Program-made: the position numbers and the translations under genes
The notes under the pieces: model-generated
What the model was told of the DNA's origin: nothing
The model's database searches: none
What the model saw: only the letters and a program-made list of their open reading frames with translations
Shown here: in pieces, positions 49,788 to 59,322 of the stretch
Layout: each line of letters begins with the position of its first letter
How positions within the stretch are numbered: the first letter of the stretch is position 1
Assembly: GCA_034408725.1 (NCBI GenBank)
Contig: JAWXCN010000124.1
Location: 1-59,424, forward strand
Length of the DNA stretch: 59,424 bases
Direction of reading: 5' to 3'
Source: Candidatus Hydrogenedentota bacterium
GTDB lineage: Bacteria; Hydrogenedentota; Hydrogenedentia; Hydrogenedentales; SLHB01

Positions 49788-50153
49788 ATGAATGACACTG
49801 CGAACGACGACATCGATAACTGGACCACCCAGCTACGAAAGGGTTTGCTGGAGCTGTGCATCGTGAACGTACTCGCCAAGGGCGACGTGTATGGCTACGA
49901 CCTGGTGAAGCAATTGTCGGAAGTAAAGGGCTTGGTCGTCACGGAAGGGACTATCTACCCGCTCCTATCGCGGCTGAAGCGTCTCGGGCTTGTCACGACG
50001 CGGCTTGCGGAATCGACCAGTGGGCCCGCGAGGAAGTATTACACGCTCTCGCCCGCGGGGCATCGCATGCGGGCAACGATGAACACGTATTGGAACGAAC
50101 TGGCGGGCGGCGTGGTCCGCTTCCAGCATGAAAGCGAGGTACCCCATGGCTGA
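49788..50153 (+). CDS. PadR family transcriptional regulator
   Basis: TQLRKGLLELCI, YGYDL, EGTIYPLLSRL, GPARKYYTLS. Confidence 0.95.
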   Translation: MNDTANDDIDNWTTQLRKGLLELCIVNVLAKGDVYGYDLVKQLSEVKGLVVTEGTIYPLLSRLKRLGLVTTRLAESTSGPARKYYTLSPAGHRMRATMNTYWNELAGGVVRFQHESEVPHG

Positions 50154-50970
50154 GTGGACGCCGGAAGCAACCGAATTTCTCGATGGGTATTTGAAGCAAG
50201 TGCGCGCGCTGGCAAAGTCGTCTGGAGAAGACGCGGAAGAAATTGTGTCTGGTTTGCGCGATCACATTGCGACAAAAGTCGAGCAGGAATCCGGTTCGCT
50301 GATAACGTTGAACATACTTCGGCAGACCTTGGCGGCGGTGGGCTCACCGGAAAGCATTGTCGAAGACTCGTCGATGTTGAGCAGCCAAAACAAGGAGAGC
50401 GGGAAGCCGGCGCCGAGGAAGGGCGACGAACAAGTCACGCCAAGCGTTCCCCCGCCGCATTTTGTGGAACGCGTCGTTGTACACGAAGCGGGAGGAAGGT
50501 CACGAAACGTACTCCGGTGGGTGATTATCGCCGCGTTACTCGTGGTGATCACGCCGTTCGTGTTGGCAATGCTGGGAATCGTCGCGGCGATCGTGCTTCC
50601 CGCGTTTGCACGTTCTCGGGAAGCGGCGCAACGCGCATCATGCCAAAACAATTTGAAGCAAATTGCGATCGCGATCGAGAATTACACAAATGAACACAGC
50701 GACACCCGCCCATCGAAAATGAGCGATCTATATCCGAAGTATCTTAATGACGCGAATGTTTTCGCTTGCCCATCTGGCCGAAACACGCATCGCACGCTCG
50801 ATGACATGGACATGTGGAGCGCATACGAATTCGTCGCGAACGGGAATGACGGCTCCATCGTTCGCGAAAAGGTCGATCAGGCCCACATGCCCCCGGGACG
50901 AAACGTGCTATACAAAGACGGCCATGTCGCCTTTGTCCGCTCTGAGGATGTGCCGGAATGGATCGAATAG
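50146..50970 (+). CDS. HAAS-like domain + TM + DUF1559 / H-X9-DG-type domain protein
   Basis: YLKQVR...EEIV..LRDHI...VGSPESI (HAAS-like), a TM segment, AAIVLPAFARSREAAQRASCQNNLKQI, FACPS, H...GRNVLYKDGHV. Confidence 0.8.
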   Translation: MAEWTPEATEFLDGYLKQVRALAKSSGEDAEEIVSGLRDHIATKVEQESGSLITLNILRQTLAAVGSPESIVEDSSMLSSQNKESGKPAPRKGDEQVTPSVPPPHFVERVVVHEAGGRSRNVLRWVIIAALLVVITPFVLAMLGIVAAIVLPAFARSREAAQRASCQNNLKQIAIAIENYTNEHSDTRPSKMSDLYPKYLNDANVFACPSGRNTHRTLDDMDMWSAYEFVANGNDGSIVREKVDQAHMPPGRNVLYKDGHVAFVRSEDVPEWIE

Positions 50971-51014
50971 ATTCTAAATGTCGCCGCGCGGACACGGAGT
51001 GGAAAAGCATTTGC

Positions 51015-51220
51015 ATGATATGCATTGAAGCGTCAGACCGGCCGGAGAAGGTGTCAGTGAATTGCGGCCCATGTTTGGGAGCGGGTACCGGGTTTATTTT
51101 GGTACGCTCGGAGATGAAATAATTATTCTGCTATGCGGAGGCGATAAGGGATCGCAACGGCGAGACATTGAGACTGCCAAATCTTATTGGCTGGATTACA
51201 AAAGGAAAAACCATGGGTAA
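51015..51220 (+). pseudogene. RelE/ParE-type addiction-module killer (COG3657-like) remnant
   Basis: Hand translation from 51044: GEGVSELRPMFGSGYRVYFGTLGDEIIILLCGGDKGSQRRDIETAKSYWLDY. In-frame TGA at 51026; the N-terminal half is missing. Confidence 0.85.
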
Positions 51221-51539
51221 ATCAAGCAAACCCTATAACGAAGGGCTTTTTGAATGGCTGAAGAGCACCGAGAATCAGTTGGCGTATTTGAAAGCTTCTG
51301 TGGAGGAGAATTCAGATATGCCTGAGGCGCTGCTTATGGCGATTCGGGACATCGCCGAGGTTCGCGGATATGAAGCGCTTGCCAGAGAGGCCGGGCTTAG
51401 CCAGAAAGCGCTCTACAAGATTCTTTCGGATGAGAAGGAAGCCAAGCCCCGCCTTGAGACAGTATCTCAAATTCTCAATGCGCTTGGACTTCGACTGACG
51501 GTTGAACCCTTGAAACGTAAACGGCTCCGCGCGAATTAA
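51213..51539 (+). CDS. Addiction-module antidote (COG3636-like HTH antitoxin)
   Basis: AYLKA..E...LLMAIRDIAEVRG..ALAREAGLSQKALYKILS...KPRLETV..ILNALGLRL. Confidence 0.92.
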   Translation: MGKSSKPYNEGLFEWLKSTENQLAYLKASVEENSDMPEALLMAIRDIAEVRGYEALAREAGLSQKALYKILSDEKEAKPRLETVSQILNALGLRLTVEPLKRKRLRAN

Positions 51540-51690
51540 GTTTATACCTCCTCGGACGAAGGCTTTTTACCACGAAGAGTGCGAAGGAATAGTAGAGCGT
51601 CTAACATGCCATTCAGTATTCGACCGTTGGGGAACACGATGTTAATCCAGAGGAGTGGGAACTTATAGTACAAAACGGAGAAACTCGGAT

Positions 51691-52488
51691 TTATGGTTCT
51701 TCCACATCGCTGTCCAATTGGGAAACGGATTCGATTGGTATGCCCGCTCGTGTCGAAACGAACGACGCTATTTCCTTGAGTATCTTGTCGCTTGCGAATG
51801 AGACATTGTTTTCGCTATTCCATCGGGCATTATTGTGAAATTGAATTTCGTAGCGCAGCAAATTTTCGTTACTTGTAGCCGGGCGGATCGGCGTCAACAG
51901 GATACGCTTTACCTCGCTGAATTCATATTCCTCAGGGACAAATTTGGCGAACCGGTCAATGACAATTTGATTCGGACCGATAAGGGTATAGGTATCGATC
52001 AATGCATAGGTGGCGATAAACGGTAAAATACACAATGGACCCAGAACGTAGATAACTTTGAGTCTTGCGATTCGTCCGTACTTCATTTCCTGGAAGATTC
52101 TATATTCCAATTTCCGATCGCCGAGATATAGCGAGAAAAGATACTCAATCAGGATAAAGCCCAACAAGAACCCGAACGCGAGAGTTGGAAACATTAGCCA
52201 AACTCCGTGAACAACCAGTTTATACGGTGCATCCCCCAAAGAATTTGCATGAATTTTGGCAATACCCAACAACGCAAGATGGGAAGCCACCCAGCAAAAA
52301 ATAAGCGATGCAGCGGCGCCCAATCCACTCGCGCTTTCCAAGTCCTTGTACTTTCCGGATAGCGTTTCGATAGTTTCGTCGGGCGAAAGGTTGTAATCTT
52401 GCATCCGGGGTGGAAAGAGTTTGTAGAAGCACGACATTACCAAACTTGTCATCGCTTTGCTGAACGCTGTTGAGCTTTGAACGCGCAT
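51691..52488 (-). CDS. Hypothetical membrane protein (visibly lower GC)
   Basis: Open frame with 3-4 hydrophobic segments; start uncertain (52488, 52452 or 52437). Confidence 0.6.
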   Translation of the reverse strand: MRVQSSTAFSKAMTSLVMSCFYKLFPPRMQDYNLSPDETIETLSGKYKDLESASGLGAAASLIFCWVASHLALLGIAKIHANSLGDAPYKLVVHGVWLMFPTLAFGFLLGFILIEYLFSLYLGDRKLEYRIFQEMKYGRIARLKVIYVLGPLCILPFIATYALIDTYTLIGPNQIVIDRFAKFVPEEYEFSEVKRILLTPIRPATSNENLLRYEIQFHNNARWNSENNVSFASDKILKEIASFVSTRAGIPIESVSQLDSDVEEP

Positions 52489-52496
52489 AGTACTTC

Positions 52497-55106
52497 TCAA
52501 TCGTGGGTTACCCATTGCAGCGCGGAAATTGAATGCTTCGGCAATTCGATTTCCAACGGCGATGCTGCTGTCAATGTATCGGTGAGCATGCGCACGTTTT
52601 CCGTGTCTTCGTTGTCGTCGTGGAGGGAATCGGGGGCTAGCTGATGGCGGGTGATTTCGCCGTTGGCTTCGATCGCGATATTAACAGGGGTGGATTCGCG
52701 AAGGTTGAGATTGAATAGAATGAGACTGCGCGTGTTCCCCTTCTTGTACGCGAATGCGTGGACGTAGGGAACAGGGATTTCCTCTTCGACGCTGTTCATG
52801 GGTTTTTGGGTCCATGTTTCGCGCGCGCCTTCGATGTCTACCGCGACCATGTCGCCCTGCATGACGCGATTCACGAGTTCGAGGCCAAGCCAGGTCGGGC
52901 GTTTGCGCGCGGTGGCGGCGATATCGCGGAGCAGTCCCCACACGCGCACATAGCGGTTGTCGCTGATGCCGAACGAAAATTGCAGCGCGGTGAAGGCGCA
53001 TTGGTTTTTCGCGCCGATGTCGCGCTGATAAACAAGCATGTACAGCGGCATGGCAAGCGCGCCCCCAGCGCCGGTGACGAAATCGTTGGTGATGTCGATG
53101 GGCGAATCGCCGCCAGTGGTGTGGAAGTTCAGTTCATAGATCGCGAGGCCGGTGTTTTTGCCGGACTTGTCGAGTTCTGATTGTGAAGCCTTTACGCGAC
53201 CGGTCGTGACATCCTGAAATGGCCGGGCGAACAGCGGGTAGAACAGTTCGTCATCGTTGGCGTGTTGTTTGTCATCGCCGAAATATGGAGCAAGCGCGAT
53301 CTCGTTGTGATTGTTTCCCGTGCGATCGATTTCACTTTGCCGGCCGGGATAATACGCTTGTCCGCCGATAATGAAGTTGAACGCATCGGGATTGTAAAAG
53401 CTGCTTTCGCGCAACAGCGCGAACCTTTCATTCGCGATTGTGCCGAGACGATCGCCGCCGAGAGCGGACGCTCCGAAGAAGGGATCGTTTGCGGATGCTT
53501 CGCCCCACATTTCATTTCCGAATTCGAGATGGATGCGGGAGAATACTTCCGTCCACGGGGCCTGTTGGCCGAGGTTTGCGCGCCGTTGCGCGAACGGATG
53601 AGCGCTGTTCGCGGGCGCCGCAAGATATTCCATGAGCTGGCGCACTTCGGTGGCGCTCCACATGGGCGGCATGACGTACCAGGGTTCCGCGCCGGTGACC
53701 TGGCAAAGCTGTAAAAACTCGTGTAGCGAAAAGCCCCATTCGCCGGCGGCGCGTTGTCTTGGGTTGTAGCCGTTGGTCTTGCGCGCGAACGGCTCCGACA
53801 CCTGATTCTCGAGGGTATCGCCGTGCTGCGAACTCCAGTTGCGAAGCACGCCGGGTTGCAGTTCTTTCAATCGGTTTACGAACGTATCCGTGAATGGCGT
53901 TGGGTTAGTATGGCCGTCCGGCTCAATGGTGGCATCATCGATGAGGATTTCTCCACCGGGATTCTCGACGCTGATTCCAATGGTCAATAGAGGATGATAG
54001 GCGTCTGCTGCGTATGGGCCGGCTTTGTCGGCGTCGTCCGCGACGGCAAACGTGCGCTCGATTTTTTGCCAATCGCTGGTGAGGGGGACCATTTCGTCGA
54101 AAAACGCGCCTTCGCCTTCGCGTCCGAAAAACACACGGATGCGTCCCGCGTTGGTAAGGCTTTTCGCCCAGAATTCGATCTTCCAATCGCCGCGAACGCG
54201 CAACAGTTTGCCGGCGCTTTTGTCGCCATCACGCCACAGGCTGTCGAGATACATGATGAACCGGCCCTGGTCGCCGGGCGTGATGCGAAGCGATTGCGTA
54301 CCGGGACTTCCGGGCGGCACATCGCCCATGACGACGCTTGCAGTGTCCATGCGCGGCCCGGACGCAATGCCGGGCAATTCGCGGCGCACGACCAATACGT
54401 CCCATTCGGACGGGGCGGGCCCGCCGCCATCGAGATAAAAAATATTCTCGTGGTTTTCCAGCGCGAACCGGGTGATGCGGCCAGAACGGCCTTTCGCCGC
54501 GCCGTAGAGAAATTCATATTCGCCGCCGTCCCAAAATCCTTTTGGCTGTCCGATGCCGTAGTCGTCGCGTGTCCAGTCGGTGTCCCAGAACGCTTGCGGG
54601 ACGCGCGAGGCCGTGGCTCCTTTGGCCGAGTGAATCATGCTCGCGAACACGCCGGACTCGAAGCCGGGGTTGGGCACAATGTTTTTGAGGTGCTGCGCCG
54701 CGCCGTAGGTTGTGCGCGCGCCGATGTTCAGGCCGAAGCGCGTGACGTTTTTAAGAATGATGTTGTCGCTGGGCCGAATCGTTAATGGTCCCGTCGAATT
54801 ATCCGGTTTGTCTGGGGCGGGTGTAGCGGCCGCGACAGTGAGTACGAAGTCCGTGGACGCGTCCGGGATGTGCGCGGGTGACGACTCGGGTTGCGCGGCT
54901 TCAGGCGGTGCTACGGTGGCCAATATAGGTTGCGGCGTTGTCTCGATGGCGGTGGCCGCGTTGGGTTCGCGAAAGAATATGCCGGCAACGACGACGAGCA
55001 CAGTAGCGAGCAGAGAAACGGCGAGCGCAACTTTGACGGCAAAGCGGTCCGTGCTCGTCCATTTTGCGGGCTGGTCGATTGGTCTGGGTGTGACGCGGCG
55101 TCGCAT
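52497..55106 (-). CDS. Membrane-anchored clan GH-A-like glycoside hydrolase candidate
   Basis: N-terminal TM, Pro/Ala/Thr linker, NPGFE, LQPGVLR, EFLQLC...GAEPW, HLEFGNEMW (acid/base NE), IYELNFH (nucleophile candidate), C-terminal beta sandwich. Confidence 0.7.
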   Translation of the reverse strand: MRRRVTPRPIDQPAKWTSTDRFAVKVALAVSLLATVLVVVAGIFFREPNAATAIETTPQPILATVAPPEAAQPESSPAHIPDASTDFVLTVAAATPAPDKPDNSTGPLTIRPSDNIILKNVTRFGLNIGARTTYGAAQHLKNIVPNPGFESGVFASMIHSAKGATASRVPQAFWDTDWTRDDYGIGQPKGFWDGGEYEFLYGAAKGRSGRITRFALENHENIFYLDGGGPAPSEWDVLVVRRELPGIASGPRMDTASVVMGDVPPGSPGTQSLRITPGDQGRFIMYLDSLWRDGDKSAGKLLRVRGDWKIEFWAKSLTNAGRIRVFFGREGEGAFFDEMVPLTSDWQKIERTFAVADDADKAGPYAADAYHPLLTIGISVENPGGEILIDDATIEPDGHTNPTPFTDTFVNRLKELQPGVLRNWSSQHGDTLENQVSEPFARKTNGYNPRQRAAGEWGFSLHEFLQLCQVTGAEPWYVMPPMWSATEVRQLMEYLAAPANSAHPFAQRRANLGQQAPWTEVFSRIHLEFGNEMWGEASANDPFFGASALGGDRLGTIANERFALLRESSFYNPDAFNFIIGGQAYYPGRQSEIDRTGNNHNEIALAPYFGDDKQHANDDELFYPLFARPFQDVTTGRVKASQSELDKSGKNTGLAIYELNFHTTGGDSPIDITNDFVTGAGGALAMPLYMLVYQRDIGAKNQCAFTALQFSFGISDNRYVRVWGLLRDIAATARKRPTWLGLELVNRVMQGDMVAVDIEGARETWTQKPMNSVEEEIPVPYVHAFAYKKGNTRSLILFNLNLRESTPVNIAIEANGEITRHQLAPDSLHDDNEDTENVRMLTDTLTAASPLEIELPKHSISALQWVTHD

Positions 55107-55241
55107 GACGGCGAGAATACTCCTTCGTGGCGCGGCTGCGCCAGTGGCGAGTAGTGATTAGTGATTAGAGAGGAAGACAGGAAGAGAGGAAGAGTGATTT
55201 GGCGTGGACTCGATGGGGGATGATGGCTATGCTTGTTGGCA

Positions 55242-55487
55242 ATGAAACTTTCGGTTGTTATTCCGGCGTTTAACGAGGCGCAGACGATTGCTCGGGTGAT
55301 CGAGCGCGTGCGGGCCGTGCCGTATGTGACAGAGATTATTGTTGTTGACGACGCTTCGACGGACGGGACTTGGGCACAGGTCGAGACGGTATCGGTTGGC
55401 AATGGAATTGTTGCGTTGCGGCATGAGCAGAACCGGGGCAAGGGCGCGGCGTTGCGGACGGGATTTTCGCGGGTAACGGGCGACTAT
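55242..55487 (+). pseudogene. Truncated duplicate of the GT2 gene 5' end
   Basis: About 82 codons nearly identical to 58605-58850, then unrelated sequence after RVTGDY. Confidence 0.9.
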
Positions 55488-55642
55488 AGATTGACGAATC
55501 CCTTTTTCCTCCTTTGCGAATCTCCCGCAATTCAATGGCGGGTTGTAAACCGATTACGCGTCAATTCAAAAAAACGTATGCGCATTCGGTGTGGACGTCA
55601 GATAAAGTGCGGACAGGGGAGGCGAGTGGTCGCGGATCGAGA

Positions 55643-58093
55643 CTAAAGCTTGACGGTCCGCGCGCGGCGAGACGCCCAGGCAAACATGATCGCAGCAGCG
55701 ACATAACACAGGATTCCGATGATATAAGTGTCGGAAATCCCATACGCAATCGCGACTGCGATCGCGAGCACAGACCCGCAAACGGACGCGGCTCCATTGA
55801 TGCCCCAGAACCACGCGGTCATGGTGGGGTACGCAAGGCTTGCGAAGCGCATGCCGATGGGGAAGGCCATGCCCATCACGAGACCCATGGGAATCAGGAC
55901 CAGGACGGCAACGCCGATTCGAACCGGATTGGATTCGCTGCGAAACATTTCGGTGAGCGGGGTGGTGATAAAACCAAACACAATCAGCAACACGACAAGC
56001 ATCGCCAATCGAATCTGTGCGGAGCGGCTGCCCGATTCCGGCGAAATCCCCGAGGTCATCATGCTTCCGATGCCACTCGAGATCAGGAGACTAAAGAGAA
56101 CCACGGCAAGCCCGTAAACCGGATGGCCGAGGAAAATGCTGAACCGCTGCATCTGCGCAATTTCGATCAGCATGAATCCAAGACCGATCGCCGTGAAGAA
56201 TCCCAGAAAGGGAAGCGGTCGTCCCGGGGCCGGTAGTTCCTTCTTAAGCAATAACGGACCCAGTATGCAGATCGCAGTAAGCAGCGTTACGCCGAACAAC
56301 AGAAACGCCAAGATGCGAATGGCACGATAGTTCACTGAAAGCACGCCCTGTTCGTTCAGGGCCGGATCGAAAATACCAGTCAGCCGAAGGGTGTGAAAGA
56401 AGAACGGACTGTCATCCGTTGGCGCCGAAACGTTTACGGCATATTTCGAAAGAAGCTCCGCGGGCTCGCGTCCGCTCGCGATGTCGGCGAAGTTCGAGTC
56501 TGCAGAGGTGCGCGGACTCTGCAGCACCTGGAACGACATCTTTGTACAGAGCGAATCCAGCGCATCGAGATCTTCCTCGGAAAAAGGGTCGCGCGACACG
56601 AGTATCGTCGCGATGTCATCGTGCCCCTTGCCGATTCCGGACTGATGGCCTTCCTCCTTGCGCACCAGCACGATATGCCGCTCTGGGTTTTCTACGCCTA
56701 TCTCCTGCAGCGAGGCCACCGCAAGGGCGAGCATGCGATAAACCTGGACCGGCAACTCGCGGAGATAAAAATGCGATACGGTCAAAATGCCGTTGGGTTT
56801 GAGATGGTCGAGGTAGCTCGTCCACGCCTCGATGGTATAAAGCCCATTCTCGGTGAGCACAAACGCGCCTGCGGCGCTCGCCGCAAACGTGTCCACGTAA
56901 GTGAACTGAATCATGTCATAACTGTTGGGATCGCGCGCGATTGCGCTGCGACCTTCGTCGTTCACGAGAGTGACGCGCGGGTCCTTCAAGTGAGGCGACA
57001 TTTCGGAGAATCGATTGGTAATTGCGTCAAGAATCGAACTATTGATTTCGACGCCCTTGACGGACTTCTGATCGAGCACCAGCGCCGACAGAATATCCAC
57101 GCCGCCGCCGACGCCCACGACAAGGACATCCGCATCGGGTCGGATGTGATGGGTGATATTCGGAATGACCCACTTCAGAAAATCGAGCTCCTCGCTACGA
57201 GCAGGATCGTTCCAGGTGACCATCGTCGCGCCGATCACGTCGATGCACAGCATCAATTGACGAACCCGCGGCGTGCCCGGATAAACATTGCTCAGGCCCA
57301 TGTTCACGGGCCGGCTATACTCTTCCGGCGTTCCCCGCGCGATGACGCGGGAATGCACGTTCCATCGCTCGTACAGCGACGGCGTATCGATCGCCCCCAT
57401 GACCCACAGGAGCCGTATCATCGGCGATCCGAGATGGTAAGAAGCCCCCTGCGCCAGCGCGATCACGCCCAGTGCGAGTGTCGCGCGTGTGGCCCAGCGC
57501 CGCACCGTCGCATTCGACTGGTCACGCGCAAAGCAAACTGCCCCGAGGCCCGCAAGCGTCGCAACGACGAACACCGCAGTCGTGGCATCGGCTACCGAAA
57601 GCACCAGCAGAATGGCGATACACCCGCCCGCCGCCCCTACAAGATCGGCTGCATAAAGGGAGCCGACATTCAGGGGAAAACGTGTAAGCACGAGGCAAAT
57701 ACAGATTCCGCTGGCAATAAACGGTATGGAGATTGCCAGGTAATTCAAGCCAATCGCGTAATAGCTGATAACAGAAGCCGAAGGGTCGGTCACGAAAGGG
57801 ACGCTCTGTTGCGTCAAAAAACCAAGGACTACGGTTACCGAGAAGGCGACCCCAAAAAAGGCCAGATGTTGCTTCGTAAATTCAGTGCGGAAGAACGCGG
57901 GAAATCGGTAAACCAGCATCGCGCCAAAAGTCAGCCCAAACATTGCGACCGAGACTGCGACAAACGCGAAGTGGTACCACATTGTCACGCTGAAAATCCG
58001 CGTGAGCAGAATTTCAAACATCAGGGTCGAAAGCGCGACGAAGAAGATGCCCGCGTATGTCCATCTGGACGGTATTGCCGCGTCGCCAAGCAA
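55643..58093 (-). CDS. Polytopic membrane protein with spermidine-synthase-like SAM-dependent domain
   Basis: FEILLTRIFSV..WYHFAF, LYAADLVGAAGGC, VLVVGVGGGVD, VEIN, DEGRS, ENGLYTIEA, TDDSPFFF, GMAFPIGM, AWFWGING. Probable TTG start at 58093 after AGGGGAG. Confidence 0.8.
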   Translation of the reverse strand: MLGDAAIPSRWTYAGIFFVALSTLMFEILLTRIFSVTMWYHFAFVAVSVAMFGLTFGAMLVYRFPAFFRTEFTKQHLAFFGVAFSVTVVLGFLTQQSVPFVTDPSASVISYYAIGLNYLAISIPFIASGICICLVLTRFPLNVGSLYAADLVGAAGGCIAILLVLSVADATTAVFVVATLAGLGAVCFARDQSNATVRRWATRATLALGVIALAQGASYHLGSPMIRLLWVMGAIDTPSLYERWNVHSRVIARGTPEEYSRPVNMGLSNVYPGTPRVRQLMLCIDVIGATMVTWNDPARSEELDFLKWVIPNITHHIRPDADVLVVGVGGGVDILSALVLDQKSVKGVEINSSILDAITNRFSEMSPHLKDPRVTLVNDEGRSAIARDPNSYDMIQFTYVDTFAASAAGAFVLTENGLYTIEAWTSYLDHLKPNGILTVSHFYLRELPVQVYRMLALAVASLQEIGVENPERHIVLVRKEEGHQSGIGKGHDDIATILVSRDPFSEEDLDALDSLCTKMSFQVLQSPRTSADSNFADIASGREPAELLSKYAVNVSAPTDDSPFFFHTLRLTGIFDPALNEQGVLSVNYRAIRILAFLLFGVTLLTAICILGPLLLKKELPAPGRPLPFLGFFTAIGLGFMLIEIAQMQRFSIFLGHPVYGLAVVLFSLLISSGIGSMMTSGISPESGSRSAQIRLAMLVVLLIVFGFITTPLTEMFRSESNPVRIGVAVLVLIPMGLVMGMAFPIGMRFASLAYPTMTAWFWGINGAASVCGSVLAIAVAIAYGISDTYIIGILCYVAAAIMFAWASRRARTVKL

Positions 58094-58293
58094 ACCCAGT
58101 TGTCTCCCCTGATTGAAAACCGCGTGGAAGGTACCCGTGAAGATAATTCGTGGGGGAGTATATTGCCCCGCATGGAGGCAATCAAGGAAACATTGACGAG
58201 CCAACCGGTACGGACGCTGTCGCGCCCGTTTGCTGTGTTGCGACGCTTGCGATACCGTAGGCGTGGGGAGACCTTGAAAGGGCAAACGCCGTT

Positions 58294-58500
58294 GTGCAAC
58301 GGGCAATTCTCACGTTCGGAATCATTGTCAGCGTAGGGTTGGGCGTACTACTCGGTGTCGGCGGATATACGTTCGTCTACGCCAAAGGTACCTCGTATCT
58401 CACCAACGATCCCCGCGCATGCGCCAACTGCCATGTCATGAACGAACAGTATGACGGGTGGATGAAGGCCAGCCATATGTCCCACCGTTTACGATTTTAG
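58294..58500 (+). pseudogene. nrfH: Cytochrome c nitrite reductase small subunit NrfH, N-terminal fragment
   Basis: GGYTFVYAKGTSYLTNDPRACANCHVM...YDGWMKASH, then an abrupt end; only 1 of the 4 heme motifs. Confidence 0.88.
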
Positions 58501-58604
58501 ACGAGCAACGCTCCGCGAGCTCGTCCATTTTGCGGGCTGGCAGGAAGAGAGGAAGAGTGATTTGGCGTGGACTCGATGGGGGATGATGGCTATGCTTGTT
58601 GGCA

Positions 58605-59288
58605 ATGAAACTTTCGGTGGTTATTCCGGCGTTTAACGAGGCGCAGACGATTGCTCAGGTGATCGAGCGCGTGCGGGCGGCGCCGTATGAGACGGAGATC
58701 ATTATTGTTGATGACGCTTCAACGGATGGGACTTGGGCACAGGTTGAGACGGTATCGGTTGGCAATGGAATTGTTGCGTTGCGGCATGAGCAGAACCGGG
58801 GCAAGGGCGCGGCGTTGCGGACGGGTTTTTCGCGGGTAACGGGCGACTACGTGATCATCCAGGATGCGGACCTGGAATATGACCCGCGCGATTATGCGAT
58901 TTTGTTGGAACCGCTGCTGGACGGGCGCGCGGACGTGGTATATGGATCGCGATTTTTGGGCGGCACGCATCGGGTGCTGTTGTTTTGGCATTCGGTGGGA
59001 AACAAATTTTTGACGCTGTTGTCGAATGCGCTGACCAATATCAACCTGACGGACATGGAGACGTGCTACAAGGCGTTTCGCGCGGAGATTCTGAGGGACT
59101 TGGAATTCCGGTCGGAACGGTTTGGTTTCGAGCCGGAGTTTACCGCGAAGGTCGCGAAACGTGGGTATCGGATTTACGAGGTGCCGATTTCGTATAGCGG
59201 ACGCGGGTATGCGGAGGGGAAGAAAATTACGTGGCGCGACGGGGTGGCGGCGCTGTTTACGATTATATGGTTTCGGGTGTTTGATTGA
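58605..59288 (+). CDS. GT2 glycosyltransferase (polyprenol-phosphate glycosyltransferase / DPM1-like)
   Basis: [65 protein letters not shown]. Confidence 0.95.
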   Translation: MKLSVVIPAFNEAQTIAQVIERVRAAPYETEIIIVDDASTDGTWAQVETVSVGNGIVALRHEQNRGKGAALRTGFSRVTGDYVIIQDADLEYDPRDYAILLEPLLDGRADVVYGSRFLGGTHRVLLFWHSVGNKFLTLLSNALTNINLTDMETCYKAFRAEILRDLEFRSERFGFEPEFTAKVAKRGYRIYEVPISYSGRGYAEGKKITWRDGVAALFTIIWFRVFD

Positions 59289-59322
59289 ATTCCTGTGCTT
59301 CGGATTCGCGGCGATTGGGATC

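Noticed and set aside
55488-55646. Novel C-terminal domain on the first GT2 copy (137-aa ORF)
   Set aside because: Read-through into non-coding cassette DNA after the breakpoint; the catalytic DxD region is absent.
56393-58336. Long alternative ORFs (647 aa here; also 23532-24785, 30662-32113, 10313-11611, 41485-42546)
   Set aside because: Antisense shadows of well-supported genes in GC-rich DNA, with no recognisable motifs.
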